DNA of 62,802 nt, counting the filler. It is 12 parts of 12 records of this genome, joined end to end, with 100 filler letters (N's around TTAATTAATTAA, not from the genome) between each part and the next. Parts side by side here need not be neighbours in the genome. Positions count along the whole stretch, not along the records: positions 57,045 to 62,802 come from SRR15195285_3559; 11 more parts are not named here. One strand, written 5' to 3'. The position numbers were made by a program, and so were the translations under genes. The notes beneath the pieces were generated by a model. That model did no database searches. It worked only from the letters and a program-made list of their open reading frames with translations, and was not told the DNA's origin. Of this stretch, positions 58,569 through 62,802 are shown piece by piece; within the stretch, counting starts at the first letter, position 1; each line of letters opens with the position of its first letter.

Positions 58569-58845
58569 ACTAAGAACGCGACAATTGGCATGCAAATTCA
58601 CGTCCTTGCCCTGCGCTGCGTGCAGACCTGGTCGCAGGCCCGAGATGGACTACCTGTGACACCTCGAGAGCTACGAGTCGTGGCGGTTGGGTCCTACACG
58701 TCGTGCATTACCGACTCCTGCACGTCAATCACTACTTTGTTTTGGCGCCAACACGTTCTTGCCACCATCTAGGGCTACTCTTTCTGCCCGAGCTTCCAAG
58801 CATCTACACAGTGTCGGCACCGTAGCGTGCCACGTAGCGCGGTCG

Positions 58846-61800
58846 CTAGTCCATGATGGCGGCCCTACCCATGGCAATCATCGCACTGATACTTGGCGTT
58901 TCGCTGACTGTCGAGCCCTTGTCTAGCCCCACCTTCTGCATGTCCGCAATGCTATGCGCAGAACCACATGAGAAGGTCGCGTTGTCGGAGTAGAAGGTGT
59001 TCTCAGCTGTGAAGGGCACGTTCGAAACTGTAGTGCAGCTACCGGAGAAAGTGTAGAACTGGCCGTCGCCTTGCACACACTTGTTCCCGATGAAATACTG
59101 GTATGCGAACCCCCCGTTGTCGTTCGTCTGGCACGACCGCGCTCCACTAGACCGAGAGCTAATACCCGGGTATAGGATGACGTTGTTGGGGCCGCAAATT
59201 TTGTGGTCGCCCTTGAAGTTTTTACAGCCACCAAATACCAGCAGGTTCTGTGTGTCGTTGTAGTAGCTACTCCCATCATCGTGGTCCAAACTCCAAACTC
59301 CGTTGTATCCATTGATCACGAAGTTTTGAGTGATGTGATTGCGTAGAGGCACGAAACTGGTTGTGCCATCGTCCCGTTTCGTCACGTAAGGCGTCCGGTC
59401 CCAGCTCTGCGCATATGGAAGCAAAGCAACACCAACGTCAACCATATCACCACATACATCCGAGGGCCGCGTATTTCTTGCAATCCAGCAGCGCAAAGCA
59501 GCCTACGATACGTGCTATGGGCTCACGTTGAACGGCCCCTGTTGGCAGCACACTCGGTTAGACGCAGTTGTTCGGTGCGACCATCAGTACTTGGCTTAGT
59601 GGAAGGCCAGAATGGCACTCACATGGTCTCCAGTTTCCCTCACCATGTTCGCTATTAAGTTTCCACGTACGAGCGAACCGCCAAGGAAGCCGTCATTGAA
59701 GCTGCGGCGACACGTGGCAATGGATTGAGAACACATGCGCGGTCAGATGGTGAGGTCCTAATGCCGTTACATCGACAGCAAGATTGGCCGCCCTTACTTG
59801 AAACCAGCACGTGGTCCGTTGTAGCACGTGTTGTTGACGATCACATTACGACCACTGACAGCCTGGAAGTAGCAAGAGGTCTGCTTACCCAGTGTGCCGA
59901 TATCGTGCATCCAGTTATTGGCAATGGTGTTGAAGGCGGGGTACGTATCGGCAGTGCCGTCCGCCATGTTGCTCACACCCACACTTGCCACTGCAGAGTC
60001 TCCCGGAAACCCGAATCTGTTTCCAGAAACAGTGCAGTTCCGAGCAAATTTGGATAAAAAAACTCCGTTGCCACCTGCGGCACCGTGTGTCAGAAGGCAA
60101 AACGGAAACGGCCTAGGAAAGCGCTGGCAAACGCACCGACGGAGTCAAAGTAGCTGTCTTCGATCGCTATACCTTCAGCGTTCTCGATGAAGACCGCCCC
60201 GGTTCTGGCAATGGACCAGTCACCACCAGAAGGCACTTCGTAACGCTTGAGCTGCGTTGTGGCCGCATGAGCAAACCGCACTCCGCGAAAGGTCACATGA
60301 CGGACGGGCTGAGCCGATGACTTGCCCAGCACTTCAATCAGCCGCTGAAGCATGGCTGCTTCAACTAACGTCGGCGGTTCCACAGGGGCAGCTAGGGTGG
60401 GCGCCGTGATCGTAGGGTTCATGGCCTTCTCGAACTTTTGCTTCTCGCTCGCCGAGCAGGGCGCGACCTGTAGCTTTGACCCGTCAGTGATGGTTGAGGC
60501 TGCAGCAGTCAGGCACCCATCAGCTTTGTTCTTGACTGTGCCGTCCGCAGCAAAATTCCAAAATTGCTTGTCATTTGATGGAGTACAGGGGCTGGCAGTG
60601 ACGACATTCCCCGTTGCGGTCAGGCAGAAGCCATCAAGTGTGATCTTCAGCTGAGTGTAACCGGACGTGTTGTCAGCCACAAAGAGCTGGTTATTGCCCC
60701 GCACTTTCGGGTGGCAATTGTTGAGCGAAAAGGGTGCCCCCGGCTTGGTGCTCCAGTAGCCCAGATCCAGACAGCAAGGAGTAACTTTGCCGTCGAACGA
60801 GCAGTGGTCAGATGCCTATAAGCGGGCACCCACGTTAATGGTTTCCTGACGGCCAGTGGCAGTGGCAGCGACGCGATGGCTGCATCCAGCAACGTACCTT
60901 ATCGGTGGACACGATCATGAATGACGGTGGCGGTGGTGGCGGCGCTGGCATTGTCTGGTTCGGGAAGAAGTGCAGCTCGCGCGACTGTGGGTCAACAGCC
61001 CATTCCGTCGGATAGTCTACCTCTTCTAGAATACCCTCCACGTAGAAGTCGTTGCCCCCTTTAACCGCGCCGATATCCGCGAACTGCCAGCCGCCCGCGC
61101 CAAGCTCGATGGTCCCAGCGGTTTGGTTCATTGCCTTGAGGGGGTACGTGTGCGACCCCCAGATTGGCTGACCAAGAAATCGCACAACTCCACGCTCGGG
61201 GTGGCTCCATGAGTTCTTGGTCCAAGTGGTCCTGTCGTAGGTGAAGGTATCCGTTTGGGACTGCATCCGATCGAAGTGAGCGAACCATTTCTTGGACCCA
61301 GGTGTACTGCATGGGACAGTACATGGCGTCGTGGCGCTGCAGTTAGGCAAGGTTGCCCCAGCCGCCGCGGCCGCCGCCGAAATGCACTGATCACCTGGGG
61401 CGGCAAAGAGATCTGCATATGTGTACCCAGGCGCATTCGGGTCTGATGGCTGCCCTGGACCGCCAATCATGATGTCGTAGTTAGGGTACGCGCCATACCG
61501 TCCGATAGCTTGCGACCGGCTAGCGTTCCGAGGCTTGGGCGAAGGGCGCGGCTTGACGGTGCCAGTGGCTTTCGCATAACCATTGCATGGATGAGCCACC
61601 TCGATTGGGCGCTGAGTCTTGCTGTAGCACATGCCAGTGATGTCTTTGTTGTTGCCGTTAGGGAACCTGGCCCACAGCGCCCGCTCGCCATCGACGAACA
61701 GTGTCGAAAAGTTAGTCGGTGCGCTGGCGGGCAACGTGGCCTTGAATGCACTCGTGCCGGGCACGGTGGTTGCGAGCGGCGACCAGGTGAGTGGTGCGTC

Positions 61801-62379
61801 AGGAGTTCCCAGTGGCACGCCGCCACTGACGGTGACTGCCTCGTTCGAGTACGCGCTGTAAGTGACGGGCGCGTCGGCACTGGCGCCGCTGTCTTCCGGC
61901 GTCAGCGTGAGTGTCGAGCCAAGGTAGTGGGTGCCCGCGCGCAGGAAGATGGTGGTCTTGGGCCGCTTCGCCACAGGTGTCTTGCGCACGACCGCCTGTG
62001 CCTTGTGGATGGTGGCGAAAGGCTTGTCCATGCTGCCATCACCGGCGCTGTCGCTGCCATTGCCAGCGACGAACAGGGTGACGTCCCCTGTGGTGGCGAT
62101 GTGCGAGATGCCGGCGCTGTATCCTCCCTGCTGCGGCGTGCGCGGTCCGGGTGGGGGGGCGGTGACATTCTCACACTCGTCCAGGTGAAAAGCTTTGTGC
62201 AGCTCGTGGGCGAGGCCGGTCGGATCGTTGGTGAAGCGAGCCGATGAAAACTCCACAGCCAGCTCGCTCACCGCGCAGTCCAGCTCTGCCAGGTTCGGCG
62301 GGTCCGTGTGGCCGAGCGCGCTGCGCAAGCATGCAAGCAGCGCGAAGCCCGCAGCGCCTGCAGCCCGACACGCCACCAT
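58846..62379 (-). CDS. Secreted GH141-like right-handed beta-helix glycoside hydrolase with an inserted ricin-B lectin (CBM13) domain, multi-exon
   Basis: Signal peptide. GSDSAGDGSMDKPFATIHKAQ, LRAGTHYL, TPEDSG, LFVDG..WARFPN, YNGPRAG, MVRETGDH, SWDR.PY, DHDDGSSYY. QxW/QxF ricin repeats at ~60420-60780. Confidence 0.87.
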
Positions 62380-62802
62380 CGTCCGCGCCCGACGGCACTA
62401 TCACCACCCCAAACACCACGACCACCACCCCAAACACCCGCCAGCCCGCTGGCGGCCTGCCTCGTGGCTGGCTGGCTGGGATCCGGTGAGGATTTCTGCC
62501 ACCGGCGCCTCCCACGATACGGGATACGCGCATGCGGACACGCCGGACAGTACTGGATACTAGTACAGATCGGGAGGCGTATCGACACAGTAACCTGACG
62601 CTGGCGGGTTGTTCAAGAGTTCGCGGACCGATGTGCATTCTCAGAATGATTCTGCATTGAAATTCCGTACTGTATCCTATATCCTAAATAATGGATCTAT
62701 TCATTCTTGCCTGGCTGGCACAGCACGCGGTGGTCCCCGAGCGATGGTGTCACAGGCTGGGTCAGGATTCAAGCCACAGCCGCTGCCGTAGTTGAGGAGC
62801 CA

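Noticed and set aside
60700-60830. Frameshift in the GH141-like gene between ORF blocks
   Set aside because: An intron after STDK with an acceptor near 60817 gives a continuous frame into the ricin domain.

Overview
The window is not one locus. It is 12 unrelated contigs joined by artificial 100-nt spacers (N44-TTAATTAATTAA-N44). Eleven contigs are from a GC-rich, gene-dense, flagellated microbial eukaryote with short canonical GT-AG introns. EPEPEP linkers, PhyH-family enzymes and many secreted glycoside hydrolases tentatively recall Picozoa-like marine heterotrophs (unverified inference). One contig (46506-52937) is AT-rich Bacteroidetes-type DNA from a copper/heavy-metal efflux locus. It closes into a 6,402-bp circle via a 30-bp terminal overlap, and its internal junction fuses a truncated multicopper oxidase to a truncated CusA-type pump. 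The best candidate for new biology is an intronless gene (767-2548, minus strand) with OB-like / SAM / Schlafen-AlbA_2 nuclease / cold-shock domains. It resembles a minimal SAMD9-like antiviral RNase, and its cold-shock domain is split by an inserted Tudor/SH3-like module. Other points of interest: an APAF-1-like NB-ARC-WD40 receptor, a tandem array of GPI-type surface-protein genes with decayed copies, a dispersed MITE-like repeat, palindrome-rich promoters, and bacterial-type CAZymes carrying introns. All domain calls were made by eye from motifs.
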